A stretch of 64,000 nt of DNA from an uncultured bacterium. GTDB lineage: Bacteria > Acidobacteriota > HRBIN11 > JAKEFK01. Below, one piece after another: positions 18,055 to 27,319 of the stretch. Position 1 is the first letter of the stretch. Each line of letters starts with the position of its first letter. The translations under genes were made by a program, and so were the position numbers. The notes under the pieces were generated by a model. That model saw only the letters and a program-made list of their open reading frames with translations. It searched no databases and was not told the origin of the DNA. The stretch is from contig CAVZQN010000004.1 of assembly GCA_963777505.1 (NCBI GenBank), positions 416,001 to 480,000 of the forward strand, given 5' to 3'.

Positions 18055-21000
18055 ATGGGCTCGGGGCACAGTTCAGTAGAATTTAGTCGAACACAAGGAA
18101 TCCTTTCTGCTACAGCTCTTGGTGGAAACGTAATCCTTGGACTGGGCGTTTTTGTAGCAGGCGGGCAACTTGTACTGCAAACTGGCGGTGATGCGCCTCT
18201 TGTTTTTTGCGTTGCCGCACTCCTTTTCCTTCCATTCATTTTTAGCTGCGTTCAACGCAGTTCCGGAGCGGCATCAAGTGCCAGCTTTTATGCCGCTGCT
18301 CGCTCATCCGGCTCTTCATTACGATTGTTTTTTACAACATGGCTGATGCTCGCAGGTTATGTAACATTGGGAGCACTCCTGGCTTATGGCGCTGCATTAC
18401 GCGCAAACACTGGCCTGGAACGGGTCCTCGGCTTAGAAGTTGGGATCGAACTGGTTCTCTTTCTGATTGTTGCAATCGCTTTCGTCAAGGAGCTCTTCAC
18501 AAAAGTTGAAGGGTGGCGAAGCAGAACAATAATGTTTTGGACTTGTGCGCTTTTTCTCATGGTGCTGGCCGTTTTAGCATCTCTTGCGCGATTTCGAACG
18601 GGCGCCAGTATTCCAAAGATACAACCTCTGCAACATTGGCTAATCGGCGTTTCCATGCTGGCTTCCACTCTCTGGAGCATCGATATCGTTTTGAACTATC
18701 GCGGACAATTCAGGAATCCTAATCGCACAATTACCTTGAGTCTAATAATCATATTTGTGGGCGGAAGTCTTTTAAGTGCTCTAACGTCTGTAGAAGTCTT
18801 GCGCAATCCTTCTTTATTGATGCAAAACTGGCTCGAAGTACTTACCTGGAATGAAAGCCGCCTAGAGTTGCTGGTTCTAATTGCGGGTTTTTTGATCTGT
18901 GTTTCCGGTCTTTTGCGTGCGATGACTCGCATCACACGCCTTCTTGGATCGATGATTTTGGATGGTGCGCTGCCGAAATCAAATGATACTGGAAGAAGTC
19001 TTCAATACTATTCAGGGATATTGGTTGTTCTTCTTGCATCGTCCGCAATTTTTCTTTCAATATCGTATCTACTTCTCATTTCAGGTTTCGCGGCCCTGGT
19101 GGCTATGGTGCTTTATCTACAACCGTTGCTGAAAAAGGATCTGTCCCGAATCGTGCAGATTTCGCTTCCATTCCATCCTTTGATCCCAATGTTATCGATC
19201 GCAATGTCGATTTTCTTAATGTGGATTCTTCCCCTTCAAAATCTGTTCATACTTGGAATCTGGTTAATCGCAGGCGCAATCCTCTATTTCAGTTATGCAC
19301 GGAAAAAGATGTTACCCGCAATGCAACAAGAGCATGTATTTACCGCTCAAGGAGCCAAGCCATCGACTGAAGTATATCGAGTGTTGGCCTGTTTGAGTAA
19401 CGATGAAATAAACGAAAGTTTGGTATTGATTGGGTCCTCAATTGCTGCTTCAAAAAATGGAGAGCTTTTGGTTTTACGTATTCTGGAGACATCAGAATTT
19501 GTTCCAATGGAGTTACAACAGAGACGTGGAAAAACCGAATGGGATCGAATCCAGGATCAATTGCAAAAGCATCAATTGTCCGGGCGGGTTACAGTACCCG
19601 TTGTTCGAATGGCTCCAGATTCAATCTCAGGAATTAAAGCAACAATAAGAGAATTCGCGCCGGATTTTATTTTGGTAGAGTGGCCCGAAGAACCTGTTGA
19701 ACGAGTGCGCAAAAATCGATTGCAAAGTCTGTTGCAGTTAACTGCCCGGCCTCTTGGAATTCTAAAAGGTCAAATCAGTGAAAAGCCCAAAAAGCTGACA
19801 GTTGCATGCGGAAGCAGTGCCCACACGATTCAGGCAATACAGCTTGGAGAAGCGATTGCATCCGCAAATGAATCCACAATTGAAGCTTTGAGGATTTTCA
19901 AAAGAGCCGAATCTGATCAAATCGCAAAAGAGACAATTCAATCAGCGATCGATCAATCCGAAACAAAAATTCCTCCAAAAATAGTTGTTCATGCAGAAAA
20001 CGATCTTGAAGAAGGAATCCTGAAACAGGCAGAAACCAGCGATCTGCTTTTATTGGGAGCATCGGATGACCCAATTTCCGGACGGCCATTGCCCGATGGG
20101 CAGTCCATGGAGATCGCTCGCCAAAGAAAACAAGCCACTCTTATTGTGAAAAGCAAAGAAGAGTCAGGCAGGTTTCTGGTACGGCAGATGCTGGCTCAAT
20201 TGACAAATCGAGTGACGGCTCTAACACCGAAAGAACGATCGGAATTGTTGAGTCAATTAAGAGTTGGACTGCAAGCCCGCACAGATTTTTATTTGATGGT
20301 CGCTCTCGCAGCATCAATTGCGATTACGGGACTGATCATGAATGACGGCAGCATAGTTTTAGGAGCTATGCTCGTTTCACCATTAATGAGTCCTATTGTT
20401 GGAATTGCATGTGGAATTGCTTTAGGCAACCTTGATCTGATGCGACGTTCAAGTGCATCTACCTTTAAAGGCATGTTTCTTGTACTGGGTGTGGGCGTGC
20501 TGATGACATTTATTCTTCCAACCGGAGAGCCTACAGACCAAATTCTGTCCCGAACTCATCCCGGGATTTATGATTTGCTGGCTGCTCTTGCAGCGGGAGC
20601 TGCGGGTGCTTATTCGCTTGGCAGACGACCGGTTGCAGGCGCGCTTCCAGGAGTTGCTATGTCGCTTTCGCTGGAGCCTCCTCTTGCTACTGCCGGTTAT
20701 GGATTGAGTACTTCCCAATTTTGGATTACAGGCGGAGCGCTCTTGCTTTTCTTAACGAACCTGGCTGCGATTGTACTTTCGGGTGTTGGAGTCTATATAT
20801 TGCTCGGACTGCGTCCCCCAAAAAAATCTGGTGTATCGATTGTCGGGAAAGCGGTTGCCAGCGTGATTCTTGTTACTCTCATTCTGATTGTTCCGCTTGG
20901 ACTTGGCACTTATAGTGCGGTACAAAAGGGCCATCTTAAGTTCCAGATAGAATCGCAATTTCGAGATGCGGCTTTGCATGAACGTTTTGAACTACTGAAA

Positions 21001-21192
21001 TTGAAAATCTCAGAACATGAAAACGGTTTCTTAATTCATCCCACGGTGCTCGCATCAGAAGAAGTGACTTCAGAAAAAATTGAAAAGTTTCGAAAGGCTA
21101 TTGAACAGAAAGTAGGATCGCCGATTCAGATTGACGCAATAATCCTGCAAACAAAACGGATTGAATCCCCATCAACAAACAAGAAGGAATGA
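18055..21192 (+). CDS. Fusion protein: APC-family permease + two USP-like domains + DUF389
   Basis: About 12 N-terminal TMs ending PFHPLIPMLSI; YRVLACLSN and KKLTVACGSSAH USP-like segments; FYLMVALAASIAITGL..IVLGAMLVSPLMSPI (DUF389). Confidence 0.75.
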   Translation: MGSGHSSVEFSRTQGILSATALGGNVILGLGVFVAGGQLVLQTGGDAPLVFCVAALLFLPFIFSCVQRSSGAASSASFYAAARSSGSSLRLFFTTWLMLAGYVTLGALLAYGAALRANTGLERVLGLEVGIELVLFLIVAIAFVKELFTKVEGWRSRTIMFWTCALFLMVLAVLASLARFRTGASIPKIQPLQHWLIGVSMLASTLWSIDIVLNYRGQFRNPNRTITLSLIIIFVGGSLLSALTSVEVLRNPSLLMQNWLEVLTWNESRLELLVLIAGFLICVSGLLRAMTRITRLLGSMILDGALPKSNDTGRSLQYYSGILVVLLASSAIFLSISYLLLISGFAALVAMVLYLQPLLKKDLSRIVQISLPFHPLIPMLSIAMSIFLMWILPLQNLFILGIWLIAGAILYFSYARKKMLPAMQQEHVFTAQGAKPSTEVYRVLACLSNDEINESLVLIGSSIAASKNGELLVLRILETSEFVPMELQQRRGKTEWDRIQDQLQKHQLSGRVTVPVVRMAPDSISGIKATIREFAPDFILVEWPEEPVERVRKNRLQSLLQLTARPLGILKGQISEKPKKLTVACGSSAHTIQAIQLGEAIASANESTIEALRIFKRAESDQIAKETIQSAIDQSETKIPPKIVVHAENDLEEGILKQAETSDLLLLGASDDPISGRPLPDGQSMEIARQRKQATLIVKSKEESGRFLVRQMLAQLTNRVTALTPKERSELLSQLRVGLQARTDFYLMVALAASIAITGLIMNDGSIVLGAMLVSPLMSPIVGIACGIALGNLDLMRRSSASTFKGMFLVLGVGVLMTFILPTGEPTDQILSRTHPGIYDLLAALAAGAAGAYSLGRRPVAGALPGVAMSLSLEPPLATAGYGLSTSQFWITGGALLLFLTNLAAIVLSGVGVYILLGLRPPKKSGVSIVGKAVASVILVTLILIVPLGLGTYSAVQKGHLKFQIESQFRDAALHERFELLKLKISEHENGFLIHPTVLASEEVTSEKIEKFRKAIEQKVGSPIQIDAIILQTKRIESPSTNKKE

Positions 21193-21199
21193 CCATCAA

Positions 21200-21838
21200 A
21201 TGAAAGAAATAAACAAAATATTCCAGAACAATCAAACATGGGCTGCACAAAAGTTAAAAACCGATCCGCAATATTTTAAGAAATTATCCAAAGGACAAAA
21301 TCCAAAATTACTCTACATCGGATGTTCGGATAGCAGAGTTGCTGCAGAAGAGTTGATGGGATTGCAGCCTGGTGAAATTTTCGTTCAAAGAAATATCGCG
21401 AACCTTGTGGTGAGTACTGACAATAATCTCAATGCTGTTGTGCAATATGCCGTTGAGCATTTGAAAGTAAAACACATCATCGTTTGCGGCCATTATGATT
21501 GTGGCGGAGTGAAAGCTGCCTTACATCCCAGTGATATGGGACAACTGAATAGCTGGTTACAAACACTACGTGATGTATTCCGTTTGCATCAGGCAGAATT
21601 GAATAGCATTCAGAATGCCCGCGAGCGATTTGACAGATTAGTGGAATTGAATGTGACAGAACAATGCATCAACCTCATCAAAATTGATCACGTTCAGCGT
21701 TCCTGGTACAAAACAGGATTCCCTAAAGTTCACGGCTGGGTATTTGATGTGCGCACAGGTGTTTTGAAAGACCTGCGTATAAAGCTGGAAGAAGTATTTG
21801 GCGAGATCCGAACGATTTATGATTTAAAGCCGGTTTGA
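21200..21838 (+). CDS. can: Beta-class carbonic anhydrase
   Basis: Zn ligands IGCSDSRV and CGHYDCGG; RNIANLV; 7 bp after the fusion gene. Confidence 0.92.
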   Translation: MKEINKIFQNNQTWAAQKLKTDPQYFKKLSKGQNPKLLYIGCSDSRVAAEELMGLQPGEIFVQRNIANLVVSTDNNLNAVVQYAVEHLKVKHIIVCGHYDCGGVKAALHPSDMGQLNSWLQTLRDVFRLHQAELNSIQNARERFDRLVELNVTEQCINLIKIDHVQRSWYKTGFPKVHGWVFDVRTGVLKDLRIKLEEVFGEIRTIYDLKPV

Positions 21839-21851
21839 AAGTTTGTAGTAA

Positions 21852-21961
21852 GTTTGTAGTAAGGCACGCTGGCGAATCTGCCGAAGGCAGATGAGGCAGT
21901 GCCGTGTAGTCAGCTCACGGCACTGTCTCGCATACGCTCGACTGCGTGCCTTACTACAAAC
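21852..21961. repeat. GTAG-type REP/MITE-like structured element between convergent genes
   Basis: Perfect 18-bp terminal IR GTTTGTAGTAAGGCACGC / GCGTGCCTTACTACAAAC with inner hairpins ATCTGCCGAAGGCAGAT and CAGTGCCGTG..CACGGCACTG. Confidence 0.7.
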
Positions 21962-21976
21962 AGCCAGCGTACCTAA

Positions 21977-23116
21977 CTACAAACATTTTATTAATACGAT
22001 TGTTCTATCATCAGATTGCGGTGCCGATCCGACGAATGCTTCCAACGCACTCTGAATTTCTGGAAGGATTTGGTCCGGTGACTTCTGTGCATTGCTTTTT
22101 AAAATGTCCTTCAACCGCTCATCTCCAAATTCCTGATCCTCGACATTGAACCCTTCAGTAATGCCATCGGTGTAAAGCAAGATTACATCTCCATGATCGA
22201 TTTCAATCTGTTCTTGTGTACATTGCATCGATTCCATGATTCCCACGACAGATCCGGTTGGGCTCAATTCAAAAATATCGTCTTGACTCGCTCTATACCA
22301 GTATGGGGGATTGTGTCCGCAGTTTACATACGTAAGGAGCCTTTTTTCCGGATCAATTTCTACATAAAAAACAGTGACGAACATGCCTCGGGCTGCATCT
22401 GCGCAGATCAAAGCGTTGGACTGAGTGAAAATTTCGGCAGGAGTGAGTGATGTTTGTGCTTTTGCTCGCACAATGCTTCGGATCGAAGCCATGAACAATG
22501 CTGCCGGCATACCTTTGCCCGAAACATCTGCAATAACAATTCCCTGACGGTCTTTACTTCGAATAAAGTCGTAATAATCACCGCTGACTTCGCGCGCCGG
22601 CTGCCAGTTCGCTGCAAACTCCCATCCCGGAATTTGTGGCATGTTGAGTGGAATCAACTGCGATTGGACGCGATATGCCATTTCACGTTCTCGTTTATGA
22701 GCGCGAGCCAGTTCCTCATTTTTCTCCGCCAGACTGCGACGCAACTGATCCATACTCAGGTGTGTATTGATACGCGCCAGCAATTCATGCGGATTAAAAG
22801 GTTTTCCAACATAATCCACCGCACCAACTTCAAAGCCGGAAACGATGTCAGCCGTTTCTGTTTTGGCTGTCAGGAAAATAATCGGAATGTTGCGCAAGGT
22901 TTCTGACTTTTTGATTTGCCGGCAGGTTTCAATACCATCAAGTTCCGGCATCATCACATCCAGCAGTATCAGATCTGGCTGAACTTTTTCCAGCACCTGG
23001 AGTGCTTGTTTCCCATTGGTCGCGATACTCAGTTGGTATCCTTTTTCCTTGAGAATTCCAGACAATATCTGAATGTTCGCGGGTGTGTCATCGACAATCA
23101 GAATGCGTTCGTTCAT
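21977..23116 (-). CDS. Response regulator receiver + SpoIIE/RsbU PP2C phosphatase
   Basis: ILIVDD, LLDVMMP receiver; VSGDYYDF, ADVSGKG, YTDG, SDDRT. Confidence 0.9.
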   Translation of the reverse strand: MNERILIVDDTPANIQILSGILKEKGYQLSIATNGKQALQVLEKVQPDLILLDVMMPELDGIETCRQIKKSETLRNIPIIFLTAKTETADIVSGFEVGAVDYVGKPFNPHELLARINTHLSMDQLRRSLAEKNEELARAHKREREMAYRVQSQLIPLNMPQIPGWEFAANWQPAREVSGDYYDFIRSKDRQGIVIADVSGKGMPAALFMASIRSIVRAKAQTSLTPAEIFTQSNALICADAARGMFVTVFYVEIDPEKRLLTYVNCGHNPPYWYRASQDDIFELSPTGSVVGIMESMQCTQEQIEIDHGDVILLYTDGITEGFNVEDQEFGDERLKDILKSNAQKSPDQILPEIQSALEAFVGSAPQSDDRTIVLIKCL

Positions 23117-23175
23117 AACTTAACAATGATAAACTAAGATTTCGATTTACTGCAAAGAATGAGAACACTCAACAA

Positions 23176-23970
23176 ATGAAAATATTGAAGTCAATAAAAG
23201 TGAAGTTTTTGCCTGGAACATTGGTTGTTGCGATGATTTTTTGTGTCCCTTTAACTCTCATCGCTCAACAGTCTCCTGCAACTCCGCAAGCACAGACAAC
23301 CATTAATCCGATTGAACCTGTTGCACTTGAAACACTCCAACGCATGAGTGATCTTCTGAAGAACGCCACGAAAATCACTTTTACAGCAAACACAACACGC
23401 GAACAGCCAGCCACAACCGGGCAACTGCTGGAGTTTTTTTACACTTCACGCGTGTCACTGGTTCGACCAAATCTATTTCGAGTCGACGTTGAAGGAGACA
23501 TCTGGACTGCGAGCATCTGGTACGATGGAAAAAAAATAACCTTAATGGATCCAAGAACAACTTTTTATGCACAAGCGGATGCTCCACCTACAATCGATGA
23601 CACAGTAATGTTTCTTGTTGAGAAATTTCAAGCACCTTTACCCCTGGCAGTGCTTCTGATGTCTGACATATCAAAAAAAGCTGTTGAAGGGTTAAAAACC
23701 GGCTTCGAAGCCGGAGTTGTTATGGTTAATGGAATCAAGTGCCGCCAGCTTGCCTTTACAGAAGTCGAAGCTGACTGGCAACTTTGGATTGAAGATGGCC
23801 CCAATCCTCTTCCACGGAGATTATCGGTAACCTACAAAAAGATGGAAGGATCCCCTCGCGTATCGATTTCGTTTTCGGATTGGAATTTGGATGCCGTGAT
23901 TCCTGCTAATACTTTCGTTTTTAACAAGCCAGAGGGAGCTACAAAAGTGGATGTGAAGCCAGTTCAGTAA
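23176..23970 (+). CDS. DUF2092 domain periplasmic protein (second copy)
   Basis: VRPNLFR..WYDGK, APPTIDD, ADWQLWIEDGPNPLP, FSDWNL. Confidence 0.8.
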   Translation: MKILKSIKVKFLPGTLVVAMIFCVPLTLIAQQSPATPQAQTTINPIEPVALETLQRMSDLLKNATKITFTANTTREQPATTGQLLEFFYTSRVSLVRPNLFRVDVEGDIWTASIWYDGKKITLMDPRTTFYAQADAPPTIDDTVMFLVEKFQAPLPLAVLLMSDISKKAVEGLKTGFEAGVVMVNGIKCRQLAFTEVEADWQLWIEDGPNPLPRRLSVTYKKMEGSPRVSISFSDWNLDAVIPANTFVFNKPEGATKVDVKPVQ

Positions 23971-23989
23971 TCGCACATCAAAGGAGACT

Positions 23990-24465
23990 ATGAAAAAGTT
24001 ATTGTTATTTTTTTTAGCTTGTTCTTGATTGCCTTGTGTGTAATTCCGGCAGATGCGTGGGTTGCGTCTGGAGGCGCTTACAATGGTGCGGCTGTTGGTC
24101 CACGTGGCGGATCGGTTTACGGCCCGAATGGGGGTGGCGTTGGAGCACGTCCCTATGGAGGATGTTGCTCTGGAGGTTATAACGGTTATAACGTTGCAGG
24201 CCCCAGTGTTGCTACTGCTAAAGGTGGAGCAGCTCCAGCGGACGGAAGTGTTACAAAATCATCCGTGCCTGGGACAACCTTTTTCGTAGCACCGGAACCG
24301 ACTGGGCCAAAGGCCGCCATTGGTACGATTCTTTATAGCTTACCAAATGGATGCATCTCCACATTTACGAATGGTATTTCTTATTATCAGTGTGGTAACG
24401 ACTACTACCGAACTTTTTATCAGGCAGGTACGCTCGTATACGAAGTTGTTCCGAAACCGTATTGA
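23990..24465 (+). CDS. DUF6515-like exported Gly-rich protein; apparent -1 frameshift in a T8 run at 24008-24015
   Basis: AAGGAG RBS and ATG at 23990; one extra T restores MKKLLLFFFSLFLIALCVIPADA; C-terminal IGTILYSLPNGC..YYQCG..YEVV. Confidence 0.65.
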
Positions 24466-24526
24466 TACTCTTACCTTGCTTCGACATCACAATTGTTTTT
24501 CCATCCTCCGGATTATCTGGCCCCAG

Positions 24527-24562
24527 CCACGGAAATACGGAGTTTGCTACTTTATTCCGTAG
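24527..24562. promoter_or_regulatory. Double-box candidate enhancer motif, copy 4 (weaker third box at 24506)
   Basis: Minus strand CTACG-gaataa-AGTAG caaa CTCCG-tatttc-CGTGG. Confidence 0.7.
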
Positions 24563-24602
24563 GTAGATCGACCTCGTCCTCCAATTCTCGACGTGCTCGG
24601 AC

Positions 24603-24618
24603 TGGCACGAGCCTTGCC
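24603..24618 (+). promoter_or_regulatory. sigma-54 -24/-12 promoter of the serine-to-acetate operon
   Basis: TGGCACGAGCCTTGCC matches consensus TGGCACG-N4-TTGC. Confidence 0.8.
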
Positions 24619-24706
24619 TAAATCGAAGGAGGAAGAACTCTATATCCAATAATCCTGACCCGAGGAATCGTAATTGTTCTAAGTTATTCGTTAATGGAGA
24701 ACAACA

Positions 24707-26323
24707 ATGGAAAAGGATGAAGAAGTTAAGACGCCTGAAAATATTGAAGATCCGCTTGGTCGCACAGACCAGCTGACTTCGCAAGAGATTCCACCTGGAG
24801 TGGATCGTCGAACTTTTATGATGCGAAGCGCTGTCGTTGGAGCTACAGCGGTCATTACAGGCCGCTATCTGTCTGCAGAGGAAAAGACAAAAAGAGCAAC
24901 AGGAACACCGCCGAAATTAGATCCCACTCTCAATGTGGTGAAGAAGGGTAAAGGTCCAGTGATGACGACTCTGGAAGAATTCTACAAAGTTGGACCAGGC
25001 CCATCAAGTTCGCACACAATCGGTCCGATGCGAATTACGTATGATTTCTATCAACGTTGCACAAAACTTCCAGCGGATCAACTCGCCAAAGCAACAGCAT
25101 TGAAAGTTCACTTGTTCGGCAGCCTCAGTGCCACGGGCAAGGGTCATGGCACGGAACGCGCAGCGCTTGCGGGTGTGGTAGGCAAAGAACCGGCAACAGT
25201 CGATCCCGCATTTCTGGATGGCTTGCGCGACAACCCAAATCAAACTTTCCCGGTCAAGCTTGGCACATCAACAATCAACGTTACTTTGAAAGATGTTGTT
25301 TACGATGCCGAAAAGGGTGACTTTAAACACCCGAACACGATGACTGCAAAACTCCTTGCTGGAAACGATGTTCTGCTTGAGCAGGAATATTACTCTGTGG
25401 GCGGAGGATTTATTGAGTGGAAAGGGTACACACCTCCGAAGAAAAATCCGCCAAAGTATCCTTATGCAACGATGAAGGAACTGCGAGAACACGCAGAGAA
25501 AAACAAGTTGTCGATTGCGCAAGTCATTCTTGCGAATGAGATGGCAATCACTGGAAAAAGTGAACAGGAAATTTATGCTTTCATCGACAAGATCACCGGT
25601 GCAATGGTTGCGATCGTAAAGTCAGGGCTTGGTGCTCCGGAAGATTCCGTGCTCCCAGGGCCGATCAAACTGAAAAGCAAAGCAGCGACCGTGTACAGAC
25701 GCGCGATGGACGAGTCTTACCAGTCCGATCGCGGGATTGGTGCGTTGTCCGCGTATGCATTGGCTGGATCTGAAGAAAACGGACGAGGTCATCTTGTAGT
25801 TACCGCACCGACTGGAGGATCCGCTGGAGTTTTACCAGCTCTTGTCTACGGTTTGGGTGAAGGCGGACGAAAGCTTTCACAGGACAAAATCCGGCAGGGG
25901 ATGCTTGCTGCAGCAGCAATCGGATATTTGTGTAAGCACAATGCGACCTTTCTGCTGCCGAAGGCGGATGCCAGGCAGAAATCGGTGTTGCATCAGGAAT
26001 GGCTGCTGCATTAGTCGCAACTGCCCATGACTCGAGTCCCAGGGTCGTTGAGAATGCAGCGGAATCGGCAATCGAACATCATCTAGGAATGACATGCGAT
26101 CCAGTTGCTGGATACGTTCAAATCCCATGTATTGAGCGCTGTGCATTCGGCGCCGTCAAAGCGTGGACTGCTTACGCAATAGCTAGCAATGAACTTGAAT
26201 CCCAACATCGCGTAACTTTGGACGAAACGATCACAGCATTAGCTCAGACCGCGAAGGACATGAACACCAAGTACAAGGAAACAAGCGAAGCTGGACTTGG
26301 CCCTTTCCGTAACTCTCTGCTGA
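24707..26323 (+). CDS. sdaA: Fe-S L-serine ammonia-lyase (single chain) with twin-arginine N-terminal extension; apparent frameshifts at ~25948 and ~26299
   Basis: VGPGPSSSHTIGPM, GSLSATGKGHGT, VTAPTGGSAG, (S)AAEGGCQAEIG after correction, EHHLGMTCDP, QIPCIERCA, KYKETSEAGL; corrected end ALSVTLC*. Confidence 0.85.
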
Positions 26324-26371
26324 TTGAGTTGTCCGGTTCGAAAACGTTAGTAGCAATAACTCGGAGGATTT

Positions 26372-27310
26372 ATGGTTCAAAAAACCGGAACTGGAAAATA
26401 CGAACAACTTCTTGTGAGATGTCAGAGTCTTGAACCCATTCCAACCGCAGTCGCACATCCTTGTGAAGCTTCCGCTTTAGAAGGTGCAGTTGAGGCAGGT
26501 GAAAAGGGACTGATCAAACCAATTCTAGTGGGGCCTGCTTCCAAGATTCAAGAAATTGCGAAATCCTTGAAAATCGATCTCGGTGGAATCCAAATCGTGG
26601 ATGCTTCGCATAGTCATGAATCTGCTACGAAAGCAGTGCAGTTAGTTCGTGAAGGAAAAGCGGAGCTGCTCATGAAAGGCAGCCTGCATACGGATGAGCT
26701 CATGTCCGCGATTGTTTCTCGTGAAGGTGGACTTCGCACGGGGCGTCGCATCAGTCATGTATTTGTTATGGATGTTCCCACCTATCACAAAGTTTTAATC
26801 GTTACTGATGCAGCAATCAACATCGCTCCGACATTGGAAGATAAAGTAGATATCCTTCAAAACGCAATCGATCTAGCCATCTCACTCGGTCTGGAAAAAC
26901 CGAAAATTGCAATTCTTGCTGCAGTGGAAACAGTGACATCCAAAATGCCCGCGACAATTGATGCAGCAGCACTATGCAAGATGGCGGATCGCAAACAAAT
27001 CACAGGCGCCATTCTGGATGGACCGCTGGCATTTGATAATGCGATCAGCAAACAAGCTGCAGAAACAAAAGGAATTAAATCCGAGGTTGCTGGTGATCCT
27101 GACATTCTTCTTGCGCCGGATTTAGAATCTGGAAACATTCTGGCGAAACAACTCAGTTTTCTTGCAAACGCTGATAGTGCGGGCCTTGTCCTTGGAGCAA
27201 AAGTACCTGTAATTCTTACAAGTCGTGCCGACAGTGTTCGATCCCGAATCGCAAGTTGTGGCGTCGCTATGCTTGCGGCGCATGCAAGACGTCAAGCAGT
27301 TGCAAAGTGA
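26372..27310 (+). CDS. Phosphate acetyl/butyryltransferase
   Basis: LMKGSLHTDE, TDAAINIAP, DGPLAFDNA, PDLESGNILAK, LTSRADS. Confidence 0.9.
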   Translation: MVQKTGTGKYEQLLVRCQSLEPIPTAVAHPCEASALEGAVEAGEKGLIKPILVGPASKIQEIAKSLKIDLGGIQIVDASHSHESATKAVQLVREGKAELLMKGSLHTDELMSAIVSREGGLRTGRRISHVFVMDVPTYHKVLIVTDAAINIAPTLEDKVDILQNAIDLAISLGLEKPKIAILAAVETVTSKMPATIDAAALCKMADRKQITGAILDGPLAFDNAISKQAAETKGIKSEVAGDPDILLAPDLESGNILAKQLSFLANADSAGLVLGAKVPVILTSRADSVRSRIASCGVAMLAAHARRQAVAK

Positions 27311-27319
27311 GGTGATTTT

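Noticed and set aside
21852-21961. Possible tRNA because of cloverleaf-like folding
   Set aside because: No T-loop TTCGA, no D-loop or acceptor geometry; the terminal stem is too long
23149-23163. 15-bp identity (ACTGCAAAGAATGAG) with the promoter at 885-899
   Set aside because: Lacks the -24 GG and has no enhancer motif nearby; chance or a decayed promoter
25999-26433. Separate 144-aa serine dehydratase alpha-subunit ORF
   Set aside because: Single-base corrections join it to the upstream ORF and end it at 26323; not a two-subunit enzyme
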